From Filomicrobium sp. (GTDB lineage Bacteria; Pseudomonadota; Alphaproteobacteria; Rhizobiales; Hyphomicrobiaceae): DNA of 64,000 nucleotides. The position numbers and the translations under genes are program-made. The stretch is from positions 821,020-885,019 of the forward strand of contig JAVJSM010000003.1 of NCBI GenBank assembly GCA_040219445.1, given 5' to 3'. Shown in pieces: positions 41,217-51,180 of this stretch (the first letter of the stretch is position 1; the number at the start of each line of letters is the position of its first letter). The notes under the pieces are model-generated. The model was given only the letters and a program-made list of their open reading frames with translations. It made no database searches and had not been told where the DNA came from.

Positions 41217-41822
41217 TTAAGGCTCCAGCTCGGTGTCCCAATAGAGGTAATCGAGCCAGCTTTCATGCAGATAGTTCGGTGGAAACATCCGACCATTGCG
41301 GTGTAACTCAAATACTGTTGGGCGGTAGGGAGCCTGCATCGGCAGCATGCCGGCGACTTCAGGCATATCCCCACCCTTTTTGAGGTTACATGGCGCGCAA
41401 GCCGTTACGACGTTGTCCCAACGTGTCAGTCCCCCGCGCGAGCGTGGGATTACGTGGTCGAACGTCAGGTCTTCCTGAATACCGCAGTACTGACAGGTAA
41501 ACCGGTCGCGCAGAAATACATTGAAGCGCGTGAAAGCAGGGAAGAGGGCCGGCTTTACGTAGCTCTTCAACGAGACAACGCTCGGCAGTCTCATTTTAAA
41601 GTTCGGGCTGGAAACATGGCGATCGTACTCAGAGACGATGTTCACACGATCGAGGAACACAGCCTTCACCGCTTCCTGCCAACTCCAGAGCGATAGCGGA
41701 TAATAGCTCAGGGGCCGGAAGTCGGCATTGAGAACCAGGGCCGGAGAGTTGTCCAGCATTGCAGCAGAACGATTCACGTTCGTGCCTCCTGTTGGGTCTT
41801 TTCCAGAATCGGTCCGCGCCAC
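41217..41822 (-). CDS. HNH endonuclease-family protein (McrA-like).
   Basis: C-terminal HNH motif CQYCG...LTFDHVIPRSRGG...NVVTACAPCNLKK. Alternative ATG start at about 41759 (MLDNSPALVLNADF). Confidence 0.8.
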   Translation of the reverse strand: MARTDSGKDPTGGTNVNRSAAMLDNSPALVLNADFRPLSYYPLSLWSWQEAVKAVFLDRVNIVSEYDRHVSSPNFKMRLPSVVSLKSYVKPALFPAFTRFNVFLRDRFTCQYCGIQEDLTFDHVIPRSRGGLTRWDNVVTACAPCNLKKGGDMPEVAGMLPMQAPYRPTVFELHRNGRMFPPNYLHESWLDYLYWDTELEP

Positions 41823-42028
41823 CAGACCGACGCCGGGATACTAAACGTGCATGTCAGCTCTGTGAAGCTCTCCTGTGAGAAGTATCAAAGGGTTGCAAAA
41901 AAGCCGATTTGCATCATTCCCATCCTGCAAACCGAAGCTTCATAGAACTTGCGATCGCTGCGCAAATGGCGCTGGGGCTGTGCAAATACAAGGGTTTGCG
42001 GCTGAAAAAGGCGGGTCGGTCCGTTTCT

Positions 42029-42685
42029 TTACTCGGCGCGGTGGGGTTTCGTTGCGTAGTAGGCCCACAAGAGCCTGGCAGCGACGCCGCGCCAGGGCCG
42101 CCAGCGTTCAGCGAGCTCTACAAGCTCATTTTGTGACGGGCGTGATTCGGTTTTGAGAGCTATCCGCGCCGCTTCCTGCAGCGCCAGATCTCCAGGTGCA
42201 AACGCGTCTTGGGTGCCGATGCAGAATAGGCAATAGATGTCCGCCGTCCATGGGCCGATGCCGGGTAAGGCGGTGAGGTGCTCATGGATTTCGTCGATGC
42301 TGGCGGTTTCGAGCTGGCTGAAATTGAGGGTGCCTTCACTTGCTGCCATTGCGATTCCGCGCAGGGTTTTCGTTTTTCCGCGCGATAACCCGACGGACCT
42401 TAGGGTTTCGTCGTTGTGGTTTAAGAAGGTGTCCGGAGAGAATGGTTGGGTCGTGGTTTCAAGCCGCTTCCAGATAGCACCTGCACTGGCAATCGAGAGT
42501 TGTTGGCCCACAACGATGCGGGCTAAGCCGGGAAATCCAGCCGTGTGGCGTCGCAGCGGTGGGTCTCCGATCTGCTTGTGGATCGCTTTGAGGTTGGGGC
42601 AAAGTTTGCGTAATTGTCGGCAGCCGCGTTTGATATCGGCTGTGGTTTCGATGATTGGTTTAGCTGGTTTTTTTCGCGGTGGCAT
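42029..42685 (-). CDS. HhH-GPD DNA glycosylase (AlkA-like DNA-3-methyladenine glycosylase II).
   Basis: Helix-hairpin-helix GPD region LTALPGIGPWTADIYCLFCIGTQDAFAPGDLAL with the catalytic Asp. Confidence 0.8.
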   Translation of the reverse strand: MPPRKKPAKPIIETTADIKRGCRQLRKLCPNLKAIHKQIGDPPLRRHTAGFPGLARIVVGQQLSIASAGAIWKRLETTTQPFSPDTFLNHNDETLRSVGLSRGKTKTLRGIAMAASEGTLNFSQLETASIDEIHEHLTALPGIGPWTADIYCLFCIGTQDAFAPGDLALQEAARIALKTESRPSQNELVELAERWRPWRGVAARLLWAYYATKPHRAE

Positions 42686-42846
42686 TGAGCGGTCAGTCCT
42701 GGCGGCATTGTTGTGTGTCGGCAGGTTTGGGTTTTGAGTGGCGTGGAGTTAGATGAGCCGCTCCACTGTCAAACTCTGCATTGTTGCCGATTGCCCGGTG
42801 CGTGCCAATGCCAATTGATGGAGCATGATCACTTGGAGCCTCATCG

Positions 42847-43761
42847 ATGAGCCAACCTGTGTTGCGGTTTGCACCGAGCCCTAATGGGTTGCTGCACCTC
42901 GGGCATGCGGCATCGGCTCTGCATAACCAACTGCAAGCACGTCGATTGGGCGGAAAAGTGCTGTTGCGCATAGAGGACATTGATGTCGGGCGCACGCGCG
43001 AAGAGTTCGTTGCCGCGATTGAAGAGGATCTCCATTGGATTGGGTTTGAATGGGAAGGCGAGGTGCGGCGCCAATCTGAGCACTTCGATGACTATCGGGC
43101 GGCGGCGGCAAGGCTGGAGGGCATGGGGGTGCTCTATCCTTGCTTTGCGACGAGAGCCGAGATCGATGAGGTGGCGAAGGTTTCAGATGCGCCACGCGAT
43201 CCCGATGGGGCTTGGGTTTATCCGGGTTTGTGGCGGGGGCGATCTGCCGTAGCGGTTCAGGAGCAGTTAGCTCGCGGTACGCCGTTTGCGATGCGGCTTG
43301 ATATGGCGGCGGCCCGGAAGCTCTGTCGTGAGCGTCTTGCGCAATCATGTGCGGACCTCACTAGCCCGGGCGGCTCCCAGTCGGCTGGCCTTGGCTATGT
43401 TGAGATGGCGGCAGATGGGGAGCATTGTGAGCGAAGTGTCGATCCTGTCGTGTGGGGTGACGTTGTCATCCAGCGCAAGGATGTGCCGACGAGTTATCAT
43501 CTTTCCGTCGTGTTGGACGATACGCTGCAAGGCGTGACGCATGTGGTGCGGGGGCAGGATCTGCAGCCGGCAACCGGTGTTCATCGGCTGCTGCAAGTTC
43601 TGCTTGACCTACCAGAGCCGATCTATTCGCATCATGAGCTGATCTGTGGCGCAGACGGGCGCAAGCTTGCAAAAAGCAATTCCGACACGAGTTTGCGCGC
43701 GCTCCGTGAGGCAGGTTGGTCGCGTGAAGATGTTCGTCGTGAGGTTGGCTTCGGCTCGTGA
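42847..43761 (+). CDS. gluQ: Glutamyl-Q tRNA(Asp) synthetase (truncated GluRS paralogue).
   Basis: 304 aa. Class I HIGH motif (PSPNGLLHLGHAASAL) and KLAKS (KMSKS-like). No anticodon-binding domain. Confidence 0.85.
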   Translation: MSQPVLRFAPSPNGLLHLGHAASALHNQLQARRLGGKVLLRIEDIDVGRTREEFVAAIEEDLHWIGFEWEGEVRRQSEHFDDYRAAAARLEGMGVLYPCFATRAEIDEVAKVSDAPRDPDGAWVYPGLWRGRSAVAVQEQLARGTPFAMRLDMAAARKLCRERLAQSCADLTSPGGSQSAGLGYVEMAADGEHCERSVDPVVWGDVVIQRKDVPTSYHLSVVLDDTLQGVTHVVRGQDLQPATGVHRLLQVLLDLPEPIYSHHELICGADGRKLAKSNSDTSLRALREAGWSREDVRREVGFGS

Positions 43762-43932
43762 GATGCGTTTTGCTGAAGGTATTTTCTCGGTTGCTTTTGG
43801 GCGCAATGTGCGCCGCAGCTGAACGATAGTTTTTCCGCCGAAACCTATGGACTTGGGTGTTCCAAGATGGTTAATTGTCGCAGTGTTGGCGTTGCGGTCG
43901 CCATCCTCTTCTAAATTCTGGAGACACGAGTA

Positions 43933-44577
43933 GTGTTCGCCCTTGTTTGCAGTGCGGCGCGGAGTGCGGTCGTCTTGGTGTTGATGTCGGCGATTGGGCT
44001 GGTTGGCTCTAGCGATGTCGGGTTTGCCAAGGCTCAGGCGGGCGGTGAAGTCGTTTTCGCCCAGAAGCTGGTTGCAGCCGCGCGTGAGCAGCGCACTGTT
44101 CCCGTCATTTATGATCCCAGTTATCGCCAGCTCGAATATCCGATGGGCGATGTGCCGTGGTACGTTGGCGTTTGCACAGATGTTGTCATTCGCGCCTACC
44201 GCAAACTCGGAATTGACCTGCAGCCGCTTGTTCACCGATCACGGTTGGGTTCAGGGGACCGCAACATCGATCATCGGCGTGTCCGAGTTCTGAAAAAGTA
44301 CTTTTCCCGCTATGGCACCAGTTTGAAGGTGAGCAAAGATCCTGGGAATTACATGCCAGGCGATTTGGTTACCTATTACGTGCCCGACGGTACTTTCTCC
44401 AAGACGCATATTGCGATTGTTTCGGACAAACAGACTCTCGCCGGCGTTCCATTTGTGATTCATAACCGTGGTTATGGTGTGCGGGAAGAGGATTGGCTTT
44501 TCGGAAGCGAAATTACCGGACACTATCGTTTCAAAAGGGCTCCGAATATCGAAGGATGGAGTTCTAAGGCCAAATAG
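43933..44577 (+). CDS. DUF1287-domain secreted protein.
   Basis: Signal peptide. Conserved stretch (YDPSYRQLEYPMGDVPWYVGVCTDVVIRAYRKLGIDLQ...HIAIVSD) that I recognise as the DUF1287 family. Confidence 0.65.
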   Translation: MFALVCSAARSAVVLVLMSAIGLVGSSDVGFAKAQAGGEVVFAQKLVAAAREQRTVPVIYDPSYRQLEYPMGDVPWYVGVCTDVVIRAYRKLGIDLQPLVHRSRLGSGDRNIDHRRVRVLKKYFSRYGTSLKVSKDPGNYMPGDLVTYYVPDGTFSKTHIAIVSDKQTLAGVPFVIHNRGYGVREEDWLFGSEITGHYRFKRAPNIEGWSSKAK

Positions 44578-44947
44578 ACTTCTGATTTTGCACCTCGCCG
44601 CAGTGCTTTATCTAGTGTGTTAGGTGGCCGGATATGGCGTTGCTCAATGTCATCTCGACCAGGTTTGGCGGCCCAAAGCTGCACAGACGTGTGCTAGTTA
44701 ACGCGGTTAAATGTGCGCGGCACTTTTCTGCGTGTTCGCGCTTTTCATCCCTGAATATAATTCATAAGAAATCTTCTCATTATCGTTAATTTAACGCTAA
44801 ACATTTTGATGATTTTGAAGTAGAATATTCGAGCATAAATTGATTCTTCTTTCCGGCTGATTTTTGAGTTGGAGGGTCAATCTAAATTGACGGCGGCTCA
44901 TTCCGCTAGAGATTAGCCTCGTGCTCAGAAGCTTGGTGTTGGAGCGA

Positions 44948-45784
44948 ATGAATCTTTTGCCCTTAATAGGAACGGAAGGCCTCATCATCTTTATGGTGAT
45001 CGTGCTCGTTAGCTTGATCGCGGTTCGGATGTTGGCGCCGTACAGCGTTCATACTGAGGTTCCTTTGGGGTTGGCTGCTGCTGAGGATGATCGTCCTCAG
45101 CCAAAGCGGGTGACTGCAACTCGTCGCGTTGTTCGTAAGTCTTCAGGTTTTCGATTGCCGGTTGTTTCGGCTCTTCCCGTAGATCGGGCTCAAATCGCTG
45201 CTGCCAAGTACCGGCAGGCGGCGCTTGGTGCGATTGATCGGGGTGCAGCCTTTGCTGGCAAGGCTCGCGGCTCGGTTCGTGCGTTTTTGAACGGAGCTGC
45301 CGAAAAGAAGGGGGCATATCGGCGGGCTTCGGTTCGGCCGATGTTTGCGATGAGCGCAGAAAAACAAAATCTTGATGAAGCTGCAACTTCGGTGGTGCGG
45401 GACGCGCATGATGAGTTGCATCTGGATGGCGATGTGCAGTGGGACCGTCTGAATGACTTTGTTGCAGAGGGTATCGCTAGAACACAGCAGGTTGAAGATT
45501 TGCACGATGCGGCTGCGCGCCAACTCGATGCTGTTGATTACGCTTACGAGCGGATGCTGCTCGAACTGAGCGAGGTCTTGCCCGGTGTTGTTGGTGCCCA
45601 GGAAACGTGCCGCAGCAATCGTGATGAAGCCTATGGCGTGGCTCAGTCCAGCGGTGAGGTGACGGGGTCGGAGCCGCTATCTCGGGCAGCTGCTGCCGCA
45701 ACAGAAAATTCCGGATCCGCTCTCGCGACGGATAGGCACGCTGAGCCAGTTCGATCGTCTTCTTCTGAACCAGTCGCAGCATAA
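44948..45784 (+). CDS. Hypothetical membrane-anchored protein, preceded by an AT-rich segment.
   Basis: N-terminal TM (LIIFMVIVLVSLIAV). Ala/Arg-rich body with no recognisable motifs. The upstream 44740-44900 is strongly AT-rich relative to the 60% GC background. Confidence 0.45.
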   Translation: MNLLPLIGTEGLIIFMVIVLVSLIAVRMLAPYSVHTEVPLGLAAAEDDRPQPKRVTATRRVVRKSSGFRLPVVSALPVDRAQIAAAKYRQAALGAIDRGAAFAGKARGSVRAFLNGAAEKKGAYRRASVRPMFAMSAEKQNLDEAATSVVRDAHDELHLDGDVQWDRLNDFVAEGIARTQQVEDLHDAAARQLDAVDYAYERMLLELSEVLPGVVGAQETCRSNRDEAYGVAQSSGEVTGSEPLSRAAAAATENSGSALATDRHAEPVRSSSSEPVAA

Positions 45785-45947
45785 ATAATCTGCCGGAAGT
45801 AGCCTTTGTCCAGCTTCACTTCAGTGTGTTGGTCGCTGGCCGGGTCGGCGGAAACGTCTGCAATCTATCAGCGTGTTTGGGACAGTGTTTCCTGTGGTGC
45901 AACGACAAGTTGGTTTGTTGAGTGACAAACACTCAGCCAATAGAAAA

Positions 45948-45972
45948 GGCGCGACGTTTTGCGGTCGCGCCT
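45948..45972 (-). terminator. Terminator of the DUF4399 gene.
   Basis: GGCGCGAC-GTTTTGC-GGTCGCGCC hairpin. On the minus strand it is followed by TTTTCTATT. Confidence 0.5.
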
Positions 45973-45998
45973 TGCTATGTTTTTAGGCCCGTCTCGTT

Positions 45999-46415
45999 TT
46001 ACTTCACTGTGATCGTAATGACTTCGCTTTGGACCGGTGGGGCGTGCGGAATGTGGTTTTGGTCGGCCAAAATGAGTTGCAAGGTGTGCTTGCCGGGTTT
46101 TAGTTCGATTGTCGTTTCCGTCTGACCGCCGCCGAAATGCTTGTGGGTGTCGTCAGCGGGGATCGGGGCGCTATAGTCTTCGAGCTTCTGGTTGATCAGA
46201 AGATGATGGTGACCTGTCTTTGCTTTCTCGACACCAGCGGGCGCAACGCCCATACCCGATAATCCGAACTGGACAGTAACCGGGCTTGAAACTTCAGCCC
46301 CATTGGCGGGCGCGATGAAGTAAACTTTTGCGCCTTCAGGAGAGGCTGTTTGAGCCATGGCGGCTCCGGCAAAAATCAAGCTAAAAGCTGAACTCAAAAG
46401 CAGTGCACGTTTCAT
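45999..46415 (-). CDS. DUF4399-like secreted protein.
   Basis: Signal peptide MKRALLLSSAFSLIFAGAAMA. His-rich motif (KTGHHHLLIN). Beta-rich body. Confidence 0.6.
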   Translation of the reverse strand: MKRALLLSSAFSLIFAGAAMAQTASPEGAKVYFIAPANGAEVSSPVTVQFGLSGMGVAPAGVEKAKTGHHHLLINQKLEDYSAPIPADDTHKHFGGGQTETTIELKPGKHTLQLILADQNHIPHAPPVQSEVITITVK

Positions 46416-46523
46416 GGGCTGATCCTCCAAATTATAGTTGAGTGTTCAGTGTCGGTTTGAATATTGGCTCCAGCAAGAAAAAAAGTATCAAGTGTCGGTT
46501 TTGCGAGTGATCACAAACTTGAG

Positions 46524-47279
46524 ATGACAAGTTCGAAGAGACAGCGGTTGGACCAAGAGTTGGTGCGACGCGGCATGGTTCAGTCGCGTTCGCGGGCCCG
46601 TGATCTGGTGGCGCGGGGTGCTGTTTGGGTTGCCGGGATGGTTGCCGCGAAGGCCGGGCAGTTGGTGGATGCTGCGACTTCGATTGAGATTGATGAAGAG
46701 GCCAACGCTTATGTTGCCCGAAGCGGTGCCAAGCTGTTGGCCGGCTTGCGTGAATTCGGTTTCGGTTGCGATGGCGTAACGGCCCTTGATATCGGTGCTT
46801 CGACGGGTGGCTTTACGCAGGTTTTGCTAGAATCTGGTGCAGCTCGCGTCTATGCCGTCGATGTCGGGCAGGATCAGCTTGATGAGAGCTTGCTTGAGGA
46901 TCAACGCGTTGTGGTTTTGGAGGGGCAGGACGCGCGGAAGCTTACTGCGTCCCATGTGCCGGAACGCGTAGGGGCCATTGTCATCGATGTGAGTTTTATC
47001 TCGGTCACGAAGGTTTTGCCGCACATCGACAAGTTTGCGGGTCCTCAGTGCTGGCTCGTAGCTTTGGTCAAACCACAGTTTGAGCTCGGTCGGGAAGCGC
47101 TTGGAAAAGGAGGCGTCGTGCGTGATGCAGACGCTGGGTTGATGGCGTGCGAGAACGTGCGTGTTGTCCTTGAGGGGCTCGGGTGGCAGGTGACCGAAAC
47201 TATTGCTTCACCGCTACCGGGCAAGAAAGGTAACGTTGAGTTTCTTCTTGGGGCCCAACGCATTGGTGGCGGTGTTTAA
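46524..47279 (+). CDS. tlyA: TlyA-family rRNA 2'-O-methyltransferase (hemolysin A-like).
   Basis: S4 domain (RLDQELVRRGMVQSRSRARDLVARGAV). FtsJ-like methyltransferase with ALDIGASTGGFTQVLL. Confidence 0.85.
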   Translation: MTSSKRQRLDQELVRRGMVQSRSRARDLVARGAVWVAGMVAAKAGQLVDAATSIEIDEEANAYVARSGAKLLAGLREFGFGCDGVTALDIGASTGGFTQVLLESGAARVYAVDVGQDQLDESLLEDQRVVVLEGQDARKLTASHVPERVGAIVIDVSFISVTKVLPHIDKFAGPQCWLVALVKPQFELGREALGKGGVVRDADAGLMACENVRVVLEGLGWQVTETIASPLPGKKGNVEFLLGAQRIGGGV

Positions 47280-47349
47280 GGCGCAGGTTGCGGTAATGGT
47301 GCTGGGTTTTGAGAGAATCCATCTTCATCAGTCATAGAGAGAGACTAGG

Positions 47350-48576
47350 TTGCGGGTCACGATCGATAAGCTTGGCGCACAAGGCGATGGGATTGCCCGG
47401 ATCGGGGACCAGGATGTTTTTGTCCCGTTTGCACTGCCGGGCGAAGAAGTCGAGGTTGCGCTTGAAGATGAACGCGCGCAGCTGATGGATGTCGTCGCGC
47501 CATCGCCGCAACGGATTCAACCTGTTTGTGAGCACTTTGGTGTTTGCGGAGGCTGCAGTTTGCAGCACCTGAACCGTGACGACTACCGGGCATGGAAGCG
47601 TAGTTTGGTGAGCTCAGCTTTTGCGGCACGCGGAATTGCTGTTGATTTATCGCCTACGGTTGAGGTCGGTTTGGGTGGGCGCCGCCGGGTCGTTTTGACA
47701 GCGCGTAGGCAGGGTCGCGACATTGAGCTGGGTTTTTTGCAGGCAGGTCGCCATGTGCTGGTTGACCTTGCCGAGTGTCCGGTTGCGGCACCCGATATTC
47801 TTCGGGTGTTGCCGGGGTTGCGGCAGCTGCTGGTGCCGTTGGTTTCTAGCGGTGAAGATGTTCGCGTCACGATTTTGCGTGCCGAGAATGGCCTCGATGT
47901 GAATGTTGTGGGTGGGGCGGAGAAGCTCTCGCCGCGCGTGAGTGCTGAGCTTTCGCAGCGATCGGCTGAACTTGGGCTTTTGCGTCTGAGCCTTGATGAT
48001 GACCCGATTTATCAGGCCGGGTTACCTATCATCAAATGCGGGCCAGCTGAGGTGGCTCCTCCGCCGGGCGTGTTCCTTCAAGCCTCAGCTGAGGCCGAGT
48101 CAGAGATGGCTAAGTTGATCGTCTCGGCTTTTGGAAAACGTGCCAAGCGCGTGGCTGATCTTTTCTGCGGGGTAGGTGCGTTTTCGTTTCCGTTGGCAAG
48201 CCGGGCGAAGGTCCTTGCAATCGATAGCGAGGCGCGGGCAATCGATGCGCTTGAAGAAGCGGATCGGCGGACACAGGGCGTCAAAGGAATTGAAACGCGG
48301 GTGCGGGACTTGTTCCAGGAACCGCTTTCGCGCAAGGAGCTCGAGCCTTTTGATCTTGTCGTGTTCGATCCGCCGCGGGCCGGAGCAAAAGCCCAAGCGG
48401 CAAGCCTTGCTAAATCGAAGGTGCCCATTGTTGTGGCGGTGTCTTGCAATCTCGCAACGGCTGCGCGGGATCTGCGTACCTTGATTGATGGCGGCTACAG
48501 GCTGGTGCAGGTGACGCCGATCGATCAGTTCTTGTTTTCACCGCATGTCGAGGTCGTTTGCGTGCTGAAGCGATAG
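47350..48576 (+). CDS. 23S rRNA (uracil-5)-methyltransferase RlmD/RumA-like (TRAM domain, Fe-S, SAM methyltransferase).
   Basis: TRAM-like N-terminus. Cys cluster CEHFGVCGGCSLQH. C-terminal class I methyltransferase (DLFCGVGAFS, VFDPPRAG). TTG start. Confidence 0.8.
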   Translation: MRVTIDKLGAQGDGIARIGDQDVFVPFALPGEEVEVALEDERAQLMDVVAPSPQRIQPVCEHFGVCGGCSLQHLNRDDYRAWKRSLVSSAFAARGIAVDLSPTVEVGLGGRRRVVLTARRQGRDIELGFLQAGRHVLVDLAECPVAAPDILRVLPGLRQLLVPLVSSGEDVRVTILRAENGLDVNVVGGAEKLSPRVSAELSQRSAELGLLRLSLDDDPIYQAGLPIIKCGPAEVAPPPGVFLQASAEAESEMAKLIVSAFGKRAKRVADLFCGVGAFSFPLASRAKVLAIDSEARAIDALEEADRRTQGVKGIETRVRDLFQEPLSRKELEPFDLVVFDPPRAGAKAQAASLAKSKVPIVVAVSCNLATAARDLRTLIDGGYRLVQVTPIDQFLFSPHVEVVCVLKR

Positions 48577-48639
48577 GGTACGCGGCGGTAAGCCGTACGA
48601 CCAGCACTGCAATTCCACGTGAGTCTGTTTCTATCGAAA

Positions 48640-49371
48640 TTAAGCGGCCTGGCACCGTTCGAATGGTTGGCCTGAGAGAAGGTGCTCAACGTAAGCTGGA
48701 ACGATTTCGGTCGCGTGCCCGTGGTGGCATTCGGCGAAATGGCTTGCGGTGAAGGACGGCTCCAGGTTGAGTTCCACGGTATGCGCGCCTGCGTCGATGG
48801 CGGCAGCGACAAATCCAGCTGCCGGGTAGACATTGCCGCTGGTGCCGATCGAAAGAAACAGATCGCACTTTGACAGTGCATCAGCGATGCGCGGTAGGTG
48901 GTATGGCACTTCGCCAAACCAAACAACGTTGGGACGCAAGCCGCCGCTCAGTTCACATTCTGGACAGGTCAGTTCGTCGGAAAGATCGGTAGTCCAGGGT
49001 AGATGCGCATCACAGTGGGTGCAGACCATAGACTGCATGTCGCCGTGCATATGAAGCAGTTCGCTCGAGCCGGCCGCTTCGTGCAAACAGTCGATGTTTT
49101 GAGTGACGATCAAAACGTCGCCAGGATGGTTTTTTTGAAGGTGAGCGAGCGCGGCGTGCGCGTGGTTGGGCTGTGCTTTAGCGCCCTCTTTGCGGCGCAT
49201 GTTGTAAAATTCATAGACGAGGTGAGGATTGCGCTGGAAGCCTTCCGGGGTGGCGACGTCGCGATAATCGTATTTGTTCCAAATTCCGTCTTTGTCGCGG
49301 AAGGTTGCCAGTCCGGATTCGGCGGAAAGACCAGCACCCGAGAGAATTACAATACGCTCATATCCTGACAT
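48640..49371 (-). CDS. cobB: NAD-dependent protein deacylase (Sir2 family, CobB).
   Basis: GAGLSAESGLATFRD Rossmann motif. Zn ribbon (CTHCDAH...CPECE). VTQNIDCLHEAAG. Confidence 0.85.
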   Translation of the reverse strand: MSGYERIVILSGAGLSAESGLATFRDKDGIWNKYDYRDVATPEGFQRNPHLVYEFYNMRRKEGAKAQPNHAHAALAHLQKNHPGDVLIVTQNIDCLHEAAGSSELLHMHGDMQSMVCTHCDAHLPWTTDLSDELTCPECELSGGLRPNVVWFGEVPYHLPRIADALSKCDLFLSIGTSGNVYPAAGFVAAAIDAGAHTVELNLEPSFTASHFAECHHGHATEIVPAYVEHLLSGQPFERCQAA

Positions 49372-49763
49372 TGCAGCGCCTACTCCTGGGATTATGTCCT
49401 TTTGTTAGCATTTGCACAAAATCGTCATTAGCGGAAGCTAATCAAGAGGACGAAGGCATAGGAAGTTCCCATGTTGCGAATGGTTTTTCCTATTGGGTTA
49501 ACCGGGCTGCAATATGCTGCAGGCGGTGTTGTTGTGACTTTTTCCTTTCGAAATCAGAATCTTGTTTGGGCAATCATGATTTTTAGTTTGAGCTTCTGAT
49601 GCGGTGATCCTGCGCGGATCTTGTCGAAATTAGTTCTTTCGTTGAAATTGTTTCTAGGACCTAACTTTGCGGCGCTGGTCCCTCCGGTAAGCAACTCTGA
49701 CTTGAGCATTTGCGAGAAGAGATTATCGTTCTGGGTGTAGTCTGAAAGAAGCGTTGATGATGC

Positions 49764-50822
49764 GTGCAGGTGACCAGTATGGCGAACCAACTTGAAATGG
49801 CCGTGCAGTTTGCCGGGAACATGGCACGCATGTCCTGGTACAGCGGACTTAGCTGGATGATGCAACGGCAGTCGCGCCGGTTTGCGCCGCCTGTTTCGTT
49901 TACGCCGACCAAACCAGTTCCCGACCGCAAAGAGCTGCTTGCTGACCTACGTTCGCTCTTGCGAGCTGACGCACAGGCGGTTGCGCAAGGCGCTATGCCG
50001 ATGGGCCATGAAGAAGTGACTGGGCCTATCGAACACTTCCGTCGCATTCGCGGGATGTTTGCTGATCTGCCGGGTGTTGCTGAGCGTCGGCGCAATCGAG
50101 ACTCGTCAACGGTCGATGATGTTGTTGATGACGACGGGGATGAACTGCCCGACTACTTCAAGCAAGATTTCCATTTTCAGACTGGTGGCTATTTGTCGGA
50201 AGAGTCTGCGAAACTCTACGACATACAAGTTGAGACGCTGTTCAACGGTGCGGCTGCGGCCATGCGCAGGAAAGCGTTGGTGCCACTTCATGAAGTTATG
50301 GCTGCGAGAGACCAGCGAAAGGTTTCTTTGTGCGACGTGGCTTGCGGGACGGGACGTTTGCTCAAGGATGTTCGTCGGCTGTACCCTGCGATGCGCTTAA
50401 CCGGGCTTGATCTTAGTGCGACCTATCTGGAGGAGGCGCAACGGCATCTTGGCTCTCTTCGGAAGGTCGACTGGTTGAACGCGAATGCAGAAGAGATGCC
50501 TTTAGAAGACGCGAGCCAAGATGTGGTCACCAGCGTCTTTCTGTTTCACGAACTGCCGCCGATGGTTCGCCGCAATGTTGCTTGCGAAGTTGCGCGCATA
50601 CTGAAACCTGGCGGGTGTTTCATCTTCATCGACAGCTTGCAGATTGGCGATAAGCCAGGTTGGGACGGATTGCTGGAGGCGTTTCCGGTCCGCTTCCATG
50701 AGCCGTACTACCGCGGTTACGCGATTGATGACCTCGACGGTGTGTTTAGGGGTGCGGGGCTGACGATTGAATGCCAGAAGCTGGCTTTTCTTTCCAAAAT
50801 GCTGGTCTGCCGAAAGCCTTAA
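49764..50822 (+). CDS. Class I SAM-dependent methyltransferase.
   Basis: Motif I (VACGTGRLL). VTSVFLFHEL. Methyltransferase-11-like fold. Confidence 0.7.
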   Translation: MQVTSMANQLEMAVQFAGNMARMSWYSGLSWMMQRQSRRFAPPVSFTPTKPVPDRKELLADLRSLLRADAQAVAQGAMPMGHEEVTGPIEHFRRIRGMFADLPGVAERRRNRDSSTVDDVVDDDGDELPDYFKQDFHFQTGGYLSEESAKLYDIQVETLFNGAAAAMRRKALVPLHEVMAARDQRKVSLCDVACGTGRLLKDVRRLYPAMRLTGLDLSATYLEEAQRHLGSLRKVDWLNANAEEMPLEDASQDVVTSVFLFHELPPMVRRNVACEVARILKPGGCFIFIDSLQIGDKPGWDGLLEAFPVRFHEPYYRGYAIDDLDGVFRGAGLTIECQKLAFLSKMLVCRKP

Positions 50823-51180
50823 CTCTTCGCTATTCGGCCTGTCGTTTCCGTTGACGCTACTGCATTTCGCTCCCGGCTGTGGTCCCTGGGGGTGGGCGAT
50901 AACAGCTGGCATCTGCGTTTCTTAGCAATATCTTTACGCTGCCTCATTATGGTAATTCGGGCAGCAATCCTCTCTTGTTTCGAGACTGGAGACGGGTGCT
51001 GTGTTCGGGTGGCCGATAGATGCAGCCGTTGGCGCGTTTTCGGCACCAGTTCCAAGTAGAAGCCATCAGGCGTGCAGACCTCTATCTGGGCGGCTTTTGA
51101 GCACTTCGTCATAATCGGTTCAATCCGCTGGGTGGAATTCGCCGGGAGGTCGGGCCGAACAGTTCGGGCGTTTCATACCC

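Noticed and set aside
44797-44988. 63-aa Lys/Arg-rich ORF on the minus strand inside the AT-rich segment.
   Set aside because: Its composition simply reflects AT-rich DNA. No ribosome-binding site. It overlaps the likely promoter of the downstream gene.
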